A stretch of 64,000 bases of DNA from an uncultured bacterium (GTDB lineage: Bacteria; Verrucomicrobiota; Verrucomicrobiia; Limisphaerales; UBA8199), in assembly GCA_963749495.1 (NCBI GenBank), contig CAVVMW010000010.1:736862-800861 (forward strand), given 5' to 3'. Below the pieces are notes generated by a model. It did not search any database. It worked only from the letters and a program-made list of their open reading frames with translations, and was not told the DNA's origin. The stretch's first letter is position 1. The number at the start of each line of letters is the position of its first letter. The translations under genes were made by a program, and so were the position numbers. This document shows positions 41,754-51,920 of this stretch, piece after piece.

Positions 41754-44063
41754 TCACCTATGACCTCCTCCTCCTCCTCCCCCATGCCCTCCGCCACCTC
41801 CCCCGCCGTGGCCTCCGCCACCCCCAATTCCTCCCCCATGGCTCCAGCCGCCGTGAAAGAAGCCCCCAAAGAGGCCGCCACTGTGGCTCTGGCCATGCGA
41901 ACTGCCTTCGACAGGGACGTAACCGTGCCCCTGCTCAGCAGCCGCACGGCCAGAAAAGCCTTTTTCGCCAGAACCGCGCCGCATGTGGACCCGGCCAAAA
42001 TCCGAAATTGGCGACTTCGCGGGGTATTGTGGGCCAACCATCCTTGTTCCGTAATAGCCGCCATGAGGGCCGTTTTCGTACACGTTCCACACAGCGGCCC
42101 GCTGGCCGGCGGCTAAGACACCAGTGCGCGAGTTGTAAGCGCGCCCATAGCCTGCCGCCAAATCCCTGCCCGCAGGAGTCGAGCGAGGATAAAGGCGGCC
42201 ACGAGTGCCGCGCCGCGCGTAGAGATTGCCTGCGGTGCTGGCCGAATCACTCCGCCCCCAGGCAGCCAACCGGCCTTCAGGGTCCCAATGCCTCCAAGGA
42301 CCCCACCACGGGTGCCCGGGATGGCAGTGCCGCCAGCCGAACCGGCCAAAGCCCCAGCCAAATCCGAAATCGAAGCACCAATCGTCCCAGGGCGTCCAGC
42401 AAGGGCCCCAGCCCAACCCCCAGGTGCAAGGCCAGCCATACCACTCGTCGCCGATCCAGGGCGGGTAATCGTAACCCGTGCCATAGACCACCACCCCGTT
42501 TTCCACTTCCGTGCCCAGATAGCCGGGCGTATAGCCCTCGAACACCTCTTGCGGCGTGGCACCATAGACCTGCACATAGGTCAAGTAGTGCAAGGGAGAG
42601 CTAGCCGGAATCGAGTAGATCACCGCGGGCACTGAAGCGGCAACGGCCCAGGGCCCGGTGACCGAGGTGGCGACAAACCACACGCCATTCTGGCAAGCAT
42701 ACCAGGAATGCTCATCCACTTTGAGCATCGGCGTTGCGCTGTTCACCACGTACCAGAGAGGCGTGCCGACTATGGGCTCCAGCCGCGGCAGACCGTTGAT
42801 CTGGGGGTCTTGCATCTGTACGTTTCGCGGCACTTTGACGCTCTGGGGAATACTGTTGGCGATGAGGGCCTCGGTGGCCTGTGCAGTTCCCGGCACGCTG
42901 GCCTTGACGTTCTCCATTGGGCTGTCGTCGGGAATGGCGGCGAAATCCGGGGGCAGGTGGTCCGCGGGCACGAATTGCCATGGCCCATCCAAAGACGGGG
43001 CGCGGAACCAACGGCCGGAAATCAACACGTAGGTCCGTTGGTCGCTGAGCAACTTGAAGACGCTACCGGTCGTGTTGGCCGCGTAGCGCAGGTGCGTGCC
43101 GGCAATGGGAACGAAATCGGGTTGTCCGTCAAAGACGATCAGTTCGGCGGGCGTTGTGGATACGTAGACGTGCGGGGCGCTGGCTGCAGTAAGTGGCAGC
43201 GGCTTGTTTGTGGACGAGTCTGTCTGCCCCGTCAAGAGGTCCACTGGCGTTGCCCAAGCCGTCGCTTGCCGCTCAGCCGCAGCCGCGCCCCAAGGTGGTT
43301 CGCCGGCCACGGTCCAAGGTCCCTCCAGGCGAGGCGCTGTCATGTAGCCGTCCAGGATGTGCAGGTAGAACTGGCCGGCAGGGTCCTTCAACAAGAGCAG
43401 GTCAGTGTTGAGCACCCGTTGCAGGCTTGTGCCTGCAACCGGGCGGCAGGCCGGCGGCCCGTCGATATAGACCAGGATGGCGGGGTTGGTGGAACAAATG
43501 ATCTTCGGCGGGGTGTTATTCAGCGGCTGGCCCTGGCCTCTGAGTTGCCCCGGAGGCGCGATGAAAACGGCTTCGAGCCGGTCCAGCGGAAGCCCCCGGA
43601 GTTCCTTGGGAAAGGTCGCGCGTAACAAGTCGAGCAGGTCCTCAGCCTGCTCGCCCGCGGAAGGGAAATCGCCGTTGAGAACCTGGATGTCTTCCAGCGA
43701 CATGGTGCGGGTCGTCTTATCCACCAGCGTGGTTGCGTGGAGCGCCACAACCCCGAAGGTCGGCTGCGGCTGGCCGGCGCCTTGAACCCCCACTGTGTCG
43801 CGGGCCATGAGTTGGCGCCCATCCCACGAATTGACCCGCGGTTCGTAAATGGTGTTGGTGGCAGAGCCGCTGACAATGACCCGCGGCCAGCCCGGAACGC
43901 CCGCTTGAGCTCCCATCGAACCCGAGGCATTGGCGTAGCCCGGCTCGGGCGTGGCGTAGGAATAGGGAGGACCGATGGCGGATTCCGGGGCCTTCCTCGT
44001 CGCGCATGAAGAGAGCACCATCACGAAATCCGCCATCAGAATCGTGTGGATGAAGCGCTTCAT
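41754..44063 (-). CDS. Large lipoprotein with Trp/Gly-rich region and Gly-His tail
   Basis: Lipobox LSSC and motifs SGRWFRA..L.GPW, IPASSP and VVYGTGY.YPPW. Confidence 0.8.
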   Translation of the reverse strand: MKRFIHTILMADFVMVLSSCATRKAPESAIGPPYSYATPEPGYANASGSMGAQAGVPGWPRVIVSGSATNTIYEPRVNSWDGRQLMARDTVGVQGAGQPQPTFGVVALHATTLVDKTTRTMSLEDIQVLNGDFPSAGEQAEDLLDLLRATFPKELRGLPLDRLEAVFIAPPGQLRGQGQPLNNTPPKIICSTNPAILVYIDGPPACRPVAGTSLQRVLNTDLLLLKDPAGQFYLHILDGYMTAPRLEGPWTVAGEPPWGAAAAERQATAWATPVDLLTGQTDSSTNKPLPLTAASAPHVYVSTTPAELIVFDGQPDFVPIAGTHLRYAANTTGSVFKLLSDQRTYVLISGRWFRAPSLDGPWQFVPADHLPPDFAAIPDDSPMENVKASVPGTAQATEALIANSIPQSVKVPRNVQMQDPQINGLPRLEPIVGTPLWYVVNSATPMLKVDEHSWYACQNGVWFVATSVTGPWAVAASVPAVIYSIPASSPLHYLTYVQVYGATPQEVFEGYTPGYLGTEVENGVVVYGTGYDYPPWIGDEWYGWPCTWGLGWGPCWTPWDDWCFDFGFGWGFGRFGWRHCHPGHPWWGPWRHWDPEGRLAAWGRSDSASTAGNLYARRGTRGRLYPRSTPAGRDLAAGYGRAYNSRTGVLAAGQRAAVWNVYENGPHGGYYGTRMVGPQYPAKSPISDFGRVHMRRGSGEKGFSGRAAAEQGHGYVPVEGSSHGQSHSGGLFGGFFHGGWSHGGGIGGGGGHGGGGGGGHGGGGGGGHR

Positions 44064-44284
44064 CGGCCACCGTTGGGGTGATGGGTTTGAGCCGGGTCCC
44101 GGTCTTCCACCGCAAGAGCGGCAGGCTTCCAGTAATCGGCGGGGTTTTGCGCTCTGGATGTCTTCAGCCTCTTGAGGACCTGGCCGGCGTCACGAAATGA
44201 CTTCCAGCAGGGCTCGCAGACCCCATGAGCCTCGGCCCAGCCCGGATGATAGGCCTGAATCACCTGGATCGTGTGGAGGCGCAC
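44060..44284 (-). CDS. Small hypothetical protein
   Basis: HPGW....GVCEPC motif; its stop overlaps the next gene's start (ATGA). Confidence 0.45.
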   Translation of the reverse strand: MRLHTIQVIQAYHPGWAEAHGVCEPCWKSFRDAGQVLKRLKTSRAQNPADYWKPAALAVEDRDPAQTHHPNGGR

Positions 44285-44621
44285 ACGCGAGTCTTCTGAA
44301 GCGACGTGCTCGTGAAGGTGGGTGCGAGGGAGTGTTCGCGAACACAGGGGGCAAGTGCTCTCGAGGCCAGTGGCAAGCGTTGTCGCCTGTCCACTTCATT
44401 CGGCGAGAGGACTTCTGAGGTCCAGTGCTCTCAGCCACGGTTCCATTTGGATCCGGTGCTAGCCTGTTCTGTGCCAAGGCCGCATGGCGGAGGTATCGCT
44501 GCACTTTCGAGGCTTTTCAACGGCTTCAAACAATGATGCGACTCGAGACTGGAACATCTCGTGCCACCGCTGGAACAAGGCGTGCCACGCGGGAACGGCG
44601 CCCTCGTCTCAATCACCCCCT

Positions 44622-46439
44622 TTACCGATGGCCTCCCCCGCCATGTCCCCCGCCGAAACCGCCACCATGTCCACCCCCGAACCCACCACCGTGAAACCCT
44701 CCACCCCCGAACCCGCCGCCGTGGAATCCGCCGCCAAAGGAGCCACCACCGTGAAACCCTCCACCCCCGAACCCGCCGCCGTGGAATCCGCCGCCAAAGG
44801 AGCCACCACCGTGGAATCCACCACCAAACGAACCTCCGCCAAAGGAGCGAGGCGCGGCACTCATTGCAGCGCCGCCATGCCAGCCGCCATATCCCCCGAA
44901 CGAGCGTCCGCCGGGGCTCGCATAATGGGGCGCTGCGTATGCCGGAGCGCGATAGCTCGGGGCCGCCCAACTCCTGGAAGGGGTCGCGTAGCTGCGGGCC
45001 GTGTAGTTTTGGCCGGCCCACGCGCCGCGCGTGGCAGGGGCCGCCCGGTACGTGCCGGAACTGCCGGTCCAGGAACGAGCCGCCTGTGCTGTGAGCGCGG
45101 GGCTCCGGGCAGCAATACCCGAGCGAGCAGCAGCGGAGAGCGAGCCGTTCCAGTTGCCGGCAGAGTTCCAACGATTCGCAGACAGGGCGGGTTGCGCCAC
45201 CCCAGCTCTGGTCCCGGCTTCGGCTAGCGAGTTGCGCTGGCCTGCGCCACTCCACCAGCGCGTGGCAGAGCCGGCAGTGCCAGCGGCTGAAGCCGAATGG
45301 GCTGGTGAACCGCCTCGTGCCCATTGAGTCACCGAACCGCTCGGCCGCGCCGGCGTCCCAAAGAAACTGTTCCCGCCGTGCCCGTCGCCGTGCCAAAACC
45401 CGGGGTCGCGTCCGTGGCCAAAGCCCCCGTCATGACCAAAACGGTCGCCGCGGCCGAAGCGGCCATCATGGTCGAAGAACCGGCCGTAACCGCCAAAACC
45501 GTAAAAATCACCGAACGCAAACCCCACCCCGAACGGGAAGAAATCACAGCCGCCCCAGAACCCGCACGGCTGCCACCAGCACCAGGGGTTGGGCGCCGCC
45601 CAGCCCGGACCCCAATCGCTATAGTAACCCGGGTCCCAATCCATGATGGCGCTGGAATAGCCCGGAGAATAGTACGGGCTGGAATAGTAGTAGTCCGGTG
45701 GCGGAGGCGGAGGCGCCGGTGGGGCGTATCCGAGCGGCGCAATCTGGTCCAGTTGCGCTTGCGGGCCCATCGGCGCTTGGGGAGCACTGGGCACCGCCGG
45801 AACCGGCGCCACTTGGGCCGGCGTTGCTTGAGCAACGGCGCCTTGGGTCGGGGCCACTTGAGCGAGCTCCGATGCGGCGCTGGCCTGAGCCTGGTAAGCC
45901 TTTTGGGCTGTGGAGTATGCCTCAGTGAAAGCGGGGCGCTTATCCAGCAAGCTGCGGACTTTGGCCAAACCGTCCTTGGTTTTGCCAGAGATTTTCGTCT
46001 TGTCGGCCTTCAGGTCGTACCAGGCGACGAGTTCGCCGGCGGTGTGCTGGACGAATTTATTGTCTGGGGCAAACTGGCCGGCAACGTTCATGGCCAGGAT
46101 GGCCTCGGGCATCCGGGAACGTCGGGCGTCCACATAAGCGACCACACCCCAAGCCAGGCCGTTGGTGACCTGTACCGTGGTCAAGGTCTGGGCCTGGTGA
46201 TAGGCCATCTCCGGCAGGCCCAGGTCCACCATGCGGGAGACGTAAGCCTCTTGGAGGGCCGGATTATTCCGGTCGCTGGCAGCACCGCTGGCATAAGCGG
46301 CGACCGCTGCCGAGGGGTCCGGCGCTTGCTGGATGGCCTCGAGCGCGGCATCCACGGCCGGGTCGGGCGCCGCCCTCGCGCCAGTCAGTGCACAACTCCA
46401 CGCCAACAAGACCATCAGAATTCTCGGCTGGTTTTTCAT
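44622..46439 (-). CDS. Secreted protein with helical N-terminal domain and GGGFH low-complexity tail
   Basis: Signal peptide, Pro/Tyr/Trp-rich linker and a 60-bp tandem duplication in the tail. Confidence 0.75.
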   Translation of the reverse strand: MKNQPRILMVLLAWSCALTGARAAPDPAVDAALEAIQQAPDPSAAVAAYASGAASDRNNPALQEAYVSRMVDLGLPEMAYHQAQTLTTVQVTNGLAWGVVAYVDARRSRMPEAILAMNVAGQFAPDNKFVQHTAGELVAWYDLKADKTKISGKTKDGLAKVRSLLDKRPAFTEAYSTAQKAYQAQASAASELAQVAPTQGAVAQATPAQVAPVPAVPSAPQAPMGPQAQLDQIAPLGYAPPAPPPPPPDYYYSSPYYSPGYSSAIMDWDPGYYSDWGPGWAAPNPWCWWQPCGFWGGCDFFPFGVGFAFGDFYGFGGYGRFFDHDGRFGRGDRFGHDGGFGHGRDPGFWHGDGHGGNSFFGTPARPSGSVTQWARGGSPAHSASAAGTAGSATRWWSGAGQRNSLAEAGTRAGVAQPALSANRWNSAGNWNGSLSAAARSGIAARSPALTAQAARSWTGSSGTYRAAPATRGAWAGQNYTARSYATPSRSWAAPSYRAPAYAAPHYASPGGRSFGGYGGWHGGAAMSAAPRSFGGGSFGGGFHGGGSFGGGFHGGGFGGGGFHGGGSFGGGFHGGGFGGGGFHGGGFGGGHGGGFGGGHGGGGHR

Positions 46440-46899
46440 ACCACAGGCCCTTTCACATTACGGTTTCATAGCGAGTATGCCTGGGATTTTCCCTCCTGAT
46501 TTCAACTACTGTTTAGACGCCTTGGCCCGCCTCGCCATTCAGCTTTCCCCCGATAGGGCCTTGACCCCGCTGTGAGAGGGGCCTCCAAAGCTAGGTCTGG
46601 CCTGCCAATGAACAGCAAAGTACCCTCCGGGCGTTTGGTTGCTTTGTGAACGGCGTCCTGGCTCACGGCTTGTACATTTCACCTCGCAATCCGAGACCGT
46701 TTAAGACGAGGTGGTCCATGTTCGGGCCGAGGTCCTGGCCGCGGTTCTCTCACCCGCCCCCGGGCCATGAAGGTGCAGGCGAGCTTGCCCGTCCGGTTGG
46801 CGGACAGCTTGCGCAGAATCTCAAGCTGAGGTAGTTTGTAGGAATGCTGATGGTTATCATAACCGAAGCTGTCTCGAAACGCTGAAGACGGAGAATCAT

Positions 46900-47030
46900 A
46901 TGTATAGCTCTTCATCGGGCACTACACTGATTGCAGGTTTCCATCGCTCGTTGCATCGCAGTCCGGACAAGGTTGCCGTTGTTTGCGGCGAAGAGTCGTG
47001 GATCTATGCCGAGTTTAACAGGAGTTGCCT
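46900..47030 (+). pseudogene. AMP-binding enzyme N-terminal fragment
   Basis: RSPDKVAVVCGEESWIYAEFNR. Confidence 0.5.
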
Positions 47031-47088
47031 ACAACCAAACCAGCCAAGGCGCGCGGGAATCAACCTTCCCCAACCGATGAGAAAGAAT

Positions 47089-48551
47089 ATGAAGAAGAAC
47101 CTGCTCGCCTTTTTGGGCATGGTCATTGTCTCAATGCCGATGGCCGCAACCGCTCAGCTCCAATCCCTCGTTGCCGGCAACACGGCCTTCGCCCTGAACC
47201 TCTACGGAGAACTTGCGACCAATGCGGGCAACCTTTTTTCTCCCCCTACAGCATCTCCACATGTCTGGCGATGATGTATGCGGGCTCGCGGGGCAATACC
47301 GAGGTGCAAATGGCCCAAGTCATGGGGTTCGGCACCAATCAGCAGCAATTCGCTTCGCTCTTCGCACAACTCCTGGGCGAATTCGAAGCAAACCAGGAGA
47401 CAAACGCCATCGAGTTGCACCTCGCCAATGCGCTGTGGGCTCAAGAAGGTCATCCGTTCCTGCCGGCCTTTCTGGCAACCGCCACAAGCCAATACCAGGC
47501 CAGCGTCAACGAGGCCGACTTCGTGACCTCAGCAGATGCGGTAAGGCAGACAATCAACAACTGGGTGGCGCAAGAGACCCAGAACAAAATCCAGAATATT
47601 CTGCCCGCTCGCAGCATAGACGCCAGGACGCGGCTGGTTCTGGCTAACGCCATATACTTTTTGGGCGTCTGGACCGAGGCGTTTGCACAAACCAATACTT
47701 CGGTCCAGCCATTTTACCTTTCCAGCAGCAACCAGGTGGAGGCGCCGCTCATGCATCAGCCCTTGCCAACCGGCACGGGTATAACGTTCAATTACATGGA
47801 GACCGGCTCTTCCGGACGAGTTCCCCGGACGAACGGTTTCCAGGCGATCGAGCTGCCCTACGCCAGCAACCAGGTTTCGATGGTGATACTGCTGCCGTCG
47901 GAAATCGATGGTTGTGGGCAACTGGAGCGGCAGCTTTCTCCGGCGTTTCTTTCGAACGTGCTCGCCCAAATGGTGCAGCAGCAGGTCGAGATCTTCCTGC
48001 CCAGGTTCACACTGGAGTCCTCCTTCGATCTGAGCAACACCTTGGCGGCAATGGGCATGCCGGACGCCTTCACGGCGGGTGCGTCAGACTTTTCGGGGAT
48101 AGACGGGATGACGGATCTCTCCATTTCCCATGTCTTCCACAGAGCGTGGGGGGAAGTGAACGAAGCAGGCACAGAAGCGGCTGCGGCAACGCTCGGCGTG
48201 GCGACCGGCGCGAATGGCGGGGGTGGACCGCCCGTCTTCCGGGCCGATCATCCGTTCATCTTCTTCATTCGGGACACCCAATCGGGGAGTCTTCTCTTTC
48301 TTGGGCGGTTTGCGAGCCCAAGCCAGTCCGCGACTCCCGCACCAACGCCCCAGTTGACCATCAGGCGTTCTGGCAACGGTTTGACAATGTCCTGGCCGTA
48401 CCCTTCGGTGGGCTTGACCTTGCGGCAAAACCCGGATTTGAGCACGACCAATTGGACTCCCAGCGCCGGTATTTCGAACGACGGGACGAATAATTTCATC
48501 ACCATCACACCGCAGCCAGGGCGTTTGTTTTCCCACTTGAGCCAACAATAA
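47089..48551 (+). pseudogene. Secreted serpin with C-terminal extension; 1-nt loss in a T-run near 47235
   Basis: NTAFALNLY, FFSPYSIS, LVLANAIYF, EAGTEAAAAT and FRADHPF. The frameshift may be a homopolymer sequencing error. Confidence 0.88.
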
Positions 48552-48900
48552 TGCTGCGGGTTCGCCTTCACCTGCGCCAGACCGGACGTGCCCTGCACAT
48601 CAGCGGCTGCGATCCGGACGTCTGCCGTGGCGCGCGCTGCCCAACAGCGGCCTCCTTCAGCATCTCGGCCAGGGCAATGTCTTGCCCGCCGATCCAAAGA
48701 CAAACATATGCTGCTGCGCCTCTGGAGTCAGGGTGAATGACCTCCTGAGATGAGGAAGGATATCCCGAGTGGAACATTTCGTTCCACCGGTGGTCATTTG
48801 AAATCCAGTGCTTCGTTTCAAACACCCCAAAAACGTGCGAAAAACAGCGATGCCTCCGTTTCCTCCCCCCTCGGCACGCGTCTAGCTAACAGGCCGAGGC

Positions 48901-49434
48901 ATGGACAAGCAAGACAACCATCCGCGCGCGGCAACCATGAAGGCGGCGACCTCGACTCGTCATTCGCGTCGCCAGGTGCCGGTTGCGATAATTCCCGCGC
49001 GCGAAGATCGCGATGGCGAGACCGAGGCCAGGCCCATTCGCACCGTGGTCGTAGATGACTCGCCGCTAATGCTCAAGACGCTCAGCCTGCTCCTGGAACA
49101 GCAGGGCGGCGTTGAGCTTATCGGCACGTCCACCGACGGGCGTCTCGCGATGCGGCGATTGGCGGAACTGAGTCCCAACCTGGTGCTGATGGACCTGCAG
49201 TTGCCCGGAATGAATGGATTGGAGGTCACGCGCTGGCTCAAAGCGCAGGCTCAGGCGCCGGCCGTCATCATTCTTACAGCGGAGGACACTCCGGAGCACC
49301 GGGCGGGAGCCCAGATGGTTGGCGCCGACGGCTTTGTCGCCAAGCAGCACCTGTGGGCGGAGCTGCCCGTGGCAATCCGAAAGCTATTTCCGCGCGCAAC
49401 CGTCTTGATGCCCGGCCCCGCTTTCGCCGCATGA
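48901..49434 (+). CDS. Response regulator (receiver domain only)
   Basis: VVDD, LMDLQLPGMNG and GADGFVAK. Confidence 0.85.
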   Translation: MDKQDNHPRAATMKAATSTRHSRRQVPVAIIPAREDRDGETEARPIRTVVVDDSPLMLKTLSLLLEQQGGVELIGTSTDGRLAMRRLAELSPNLVLMDLQLPGMNGLEVTRWLKAQAQAPAVIILTAEDTPEHRAGAQMVGADGFVAKQHLWAELPVAIRKLFPRATVLMPGPAFAA

Positions 49435-49913
49435 ACGCAACGATTGTGAATGGCCAGCATCGTCTGCTGGCCCAAATGGCGACGCTCCCCGCCTGCCAGC
49501 GAAACGGTGGAGAGGCTGACTGGTTTCCCCCAGTGGACATTCTCGAGGACTCGGAGGAGTACCTGTTCAGAATTGACCTGCCCGGAACGAGACCGGAGGA
49601 CGTCCACGTCGTTGTGGAGGAAGATGGGCTCTTCATCTCCGGCGACCGTGCGGAGCTCCCGCCTGGCGACAAGAAGTGGCTGCGGGTCGAGCGCCCACAC
49701 GGGCATTTTGAGCGCCGTTTCGCCCTGCCCGATGACGCCAGCAGAGCAGAGGTCAGTTCGGCCTTCGAGCAGAGCGTCCTCGAGTTACGGGTCCGCAAGG
49801 TCACCTCCGTCATGCCAATTCCGGCCCCAACCGGTGCATGGCCCAGCCCCCTTGTGCCGACTCCGCCCCCAGCGGGCACACCGCCAAGGCTGAGACTTCG
49901 TTCCGTGTCATGA
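49431..49913 (+). CDS. Hsp20/alpha-crystallin protein
   Basis: PPVDILE, IDLPG, ISGDR and ERPHGHFERRFALP. Confidence 0.88.
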   Translation: MNATIVNGQHRLLAQMATLPACQRNGGEADWFPPVDILEDSEEYLFRIDLPGTRPEDVHVVVEEDGLFISGDRAELPPGDKKWLRVERPHGHFERRFALPDDASRAEVSSAFEQSVLELRVRKVTSVMPIPAPTGAWPSPLVPTPPPAGTPPRLRLRSVS

Positions 49914-50010
49914 ACCCTCCCCGCCATCACCAAGAAAGCGTCGTAGAATTGCGGCGCACCACGAGGCGCTCCTGCTCGTGGCTGAGGACAGTCCGGCGCC
50001 AACCGGGGAG

Positions 50011-50466
50011 ATGAGTTTTTTTCCAAATGCCCGCAATGCCCGGAATGCTGGCGTGCAAGACAGTGCACAGATCCGCGTTGTGATTGCGGACGGCAACGAG
50101 GTCTATCGGGAACTGCTCAAGATGGTCATCGAGGCCCTTCCAAGGCTCCAGGTCTTGGGCACGGTTGGCACTGGCTGCCACGTCCTGGAGGCAATCACTG
50201 CCCAAAGGCCCGATCTCGTCCTGATCGATCTCCAGCTTCCCGGCCTCAACGGTCTCCAGAGCCTGGCGCTCATCCGCGAGTATCACCCCGCAACCCGCGT
50301 CATCATAATCGCTGACGACGACTCGGATGACGTGCGGGCAACCTGTCTGGCCCAAGGGGCTCAAGGATTTATCTCCAAGCGCCGGCTCCACACCGACCTG
50401 CGTCGCGGGATCGCGGGAGTGTTCTCCGGTTCGCCCACCGACAGTCTGCACGAAGCGGCAGGCTGA
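50011..50466 (+). CDS. Response regulator (receiver domain only, atypical acidic pocket)
   Basis: PDLVLIDLQLPGLNG and GAQGFISK. Confidence 0.8.
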   Translation: MSFFPNARNARNAGVQDSAQIRVVIADGNEVYRELLKMVIEALPRLQVLGTVGTGCHVLEAITAQRPDLVLIDLQLPGLNGLQSLALIREYHPATRVIIIADDDSDDVRATCLAQGAQGFISKRRLHTDLRRGIAGVFSGSPTDSLHEAAG

Positions 50467-50614
50467 ACCAGCGCACATGGTCTGGCGCGAGCCACCATGG
50501 CACAAATTGTTCCAACTTGGCCGCGCCCTTATCCGTCGCTCCGCAGAAAAGCTGCGGAAAACCATGCAGACGTGGCTGCTCCTGCCCTGGCACGGAACCG
50601 GCTAGAGGAATGGC

Positions 50615-51133
50615 ATGAAAACTCGTCTTGCGGCTGTGTTTTTCGCCGGCGCAGTGCTCTTGTCGGGTTGCGCCACTCACCAACCGTCCGTAGTCCTCGC
50701 CCCAGTCGGGCCGTCTCCGCCCCAACCAGCGCCTGGCGGCCCCAAGGGCACGCTCGTCGTGTATTCGGCTTATGACCCGAACTCGGATTTCAATGACACT
50801 GAGTATCTGCGCCAATACACGGATTACAGAATCCTCTCGGAAGAGGGCAAGCTGTTGCAGACCGTGCACAACAGCAACGGGTTCGTCGTGGAAGGCCCCG
50901 CGGAAGTGGAACTCCCGGCGGGCAAATACCGCATCATCGCTCAGGCTAACGGTTACAAGAAGAACGTGATAGTGCCGGTAGTCGTCCTGGCTGACCGACT
51001 TACGACAGTGCATTTGGAAGGCGAAGCTGCGTGGCCGGCCAATGCGGCCCTGCTCCAATCCAATCCCGTGCGGCTGCCCAATGGAGAGATCGTCGGGTGG
51101 CCTGCCAGTACGGAAGTCGTCTCGAAACCTTGA
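50615..51133 (+). CDS. Hypothetical lipoprotein
   Basis: Lipobox LSGC and a ribosome-binding site upstream. Confidence 0.75.
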   Translation: MKTRLAAVFFAGAVLLSGCATHQPSVVLAPVGPSPPQPAPGGPKGTLVVYSAYDPNSDFNDTEYLRQYTDYRILSEEGKLLQTVHNSNGFVVEGPAEVELPAGKYRIIAQANGYKKNVIVPVVVLADRLTTVHLEGEAAWPANAALLQSNPVRLPNGEIVGWPASTEVVSKP

Positions 51134-51156
51134 TGCGAAGGGAAAGGAAGACAACC

Positions 51157-51678
51157 ATGAAGCGAACATGCCCCGCAGTGTGGACTGGCGCCTTGATTTG
51201 GCTCGTCGGGTGTGCATCGCCCATGAACGTCGGCGTCCTGGCGCCAATTGGGCCAGCAACGGGGAGCCAGATGAAGATTGCCGACAAGGGTTCTCTCCGA
51301 GTCCGTCGCGCTATGAAGCAAGCCCTGGCGACGCCTTGCGTGAATGGGCTTGCCCCGGAGGTCGCCGGCCCAAAGACCGCGCCGGAAACCGCGAACACCG
51401 TACCATGGCACGCAAAGCAATTCGTGCAGGCTCGCCCCCCGGCTTCCTTCCTCGAGAATGGCCCAGGCCTGGAGCTCGGGCCAGCCAAGCCGAACGAAAC
51501 TGGCCTTGGCAAACTCTCTTTTAGCGGCATCGCTGTTCAGCTCCTGAAGGCAGAGAATCCGCTCCAACTCCTCAACCCGGCCGCGCCCGCCCAATACGGC
51601 TCCGGCATGGATAACCTGGATCAGGTCTCGTTCAGCGGCACTGGGCCGTTGCTCAAAATCTTCTCGATTGCCTTTTGA
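51157..51678 (+). CDS. Hypothetical lipoprotein
   Basis: Lipobox LVGC and C-terminal NPLQLLNPAAPAQYG. Confidence 0.55.
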   Translation: MKRTCPAVWTGALIWLVGCASPMNVGVLAPIGPATGSQMKIADKGSLRVRRAMKQALATPCVNGLAPEVAGPKTAPETANTVPWHAKQFVQARPPASFLENGPGLELGPAKPNETGLGKLSFSGIAVQLLKAENPLQLLNPAAPAQYGSGMDNLDQVSFSGTGPLLKIFSIAF

Positions 51679-51920
51679 TCCTTCCTCCCCGCGCCACTCC
51701 AAATTCCCTCGATACCAGTGGCCGGTGCCCATCGCCCGGCCAAGCATGTGGCCTTACGAAAGGCTCACCGGGGCCAAATTGTGAGCGACCCGGCTGCCAA
51801 ACCCCGCAAAACCCGCGCTGGCACCAGCTTCGAAACTGACCGAGTGAGCAGTCGGGCGAAAGCCTTCACCAACGCCATCCTGCCAGATGTTGGCGGCTGA
51901 AGGTTCCGGACGGCAGGTGT

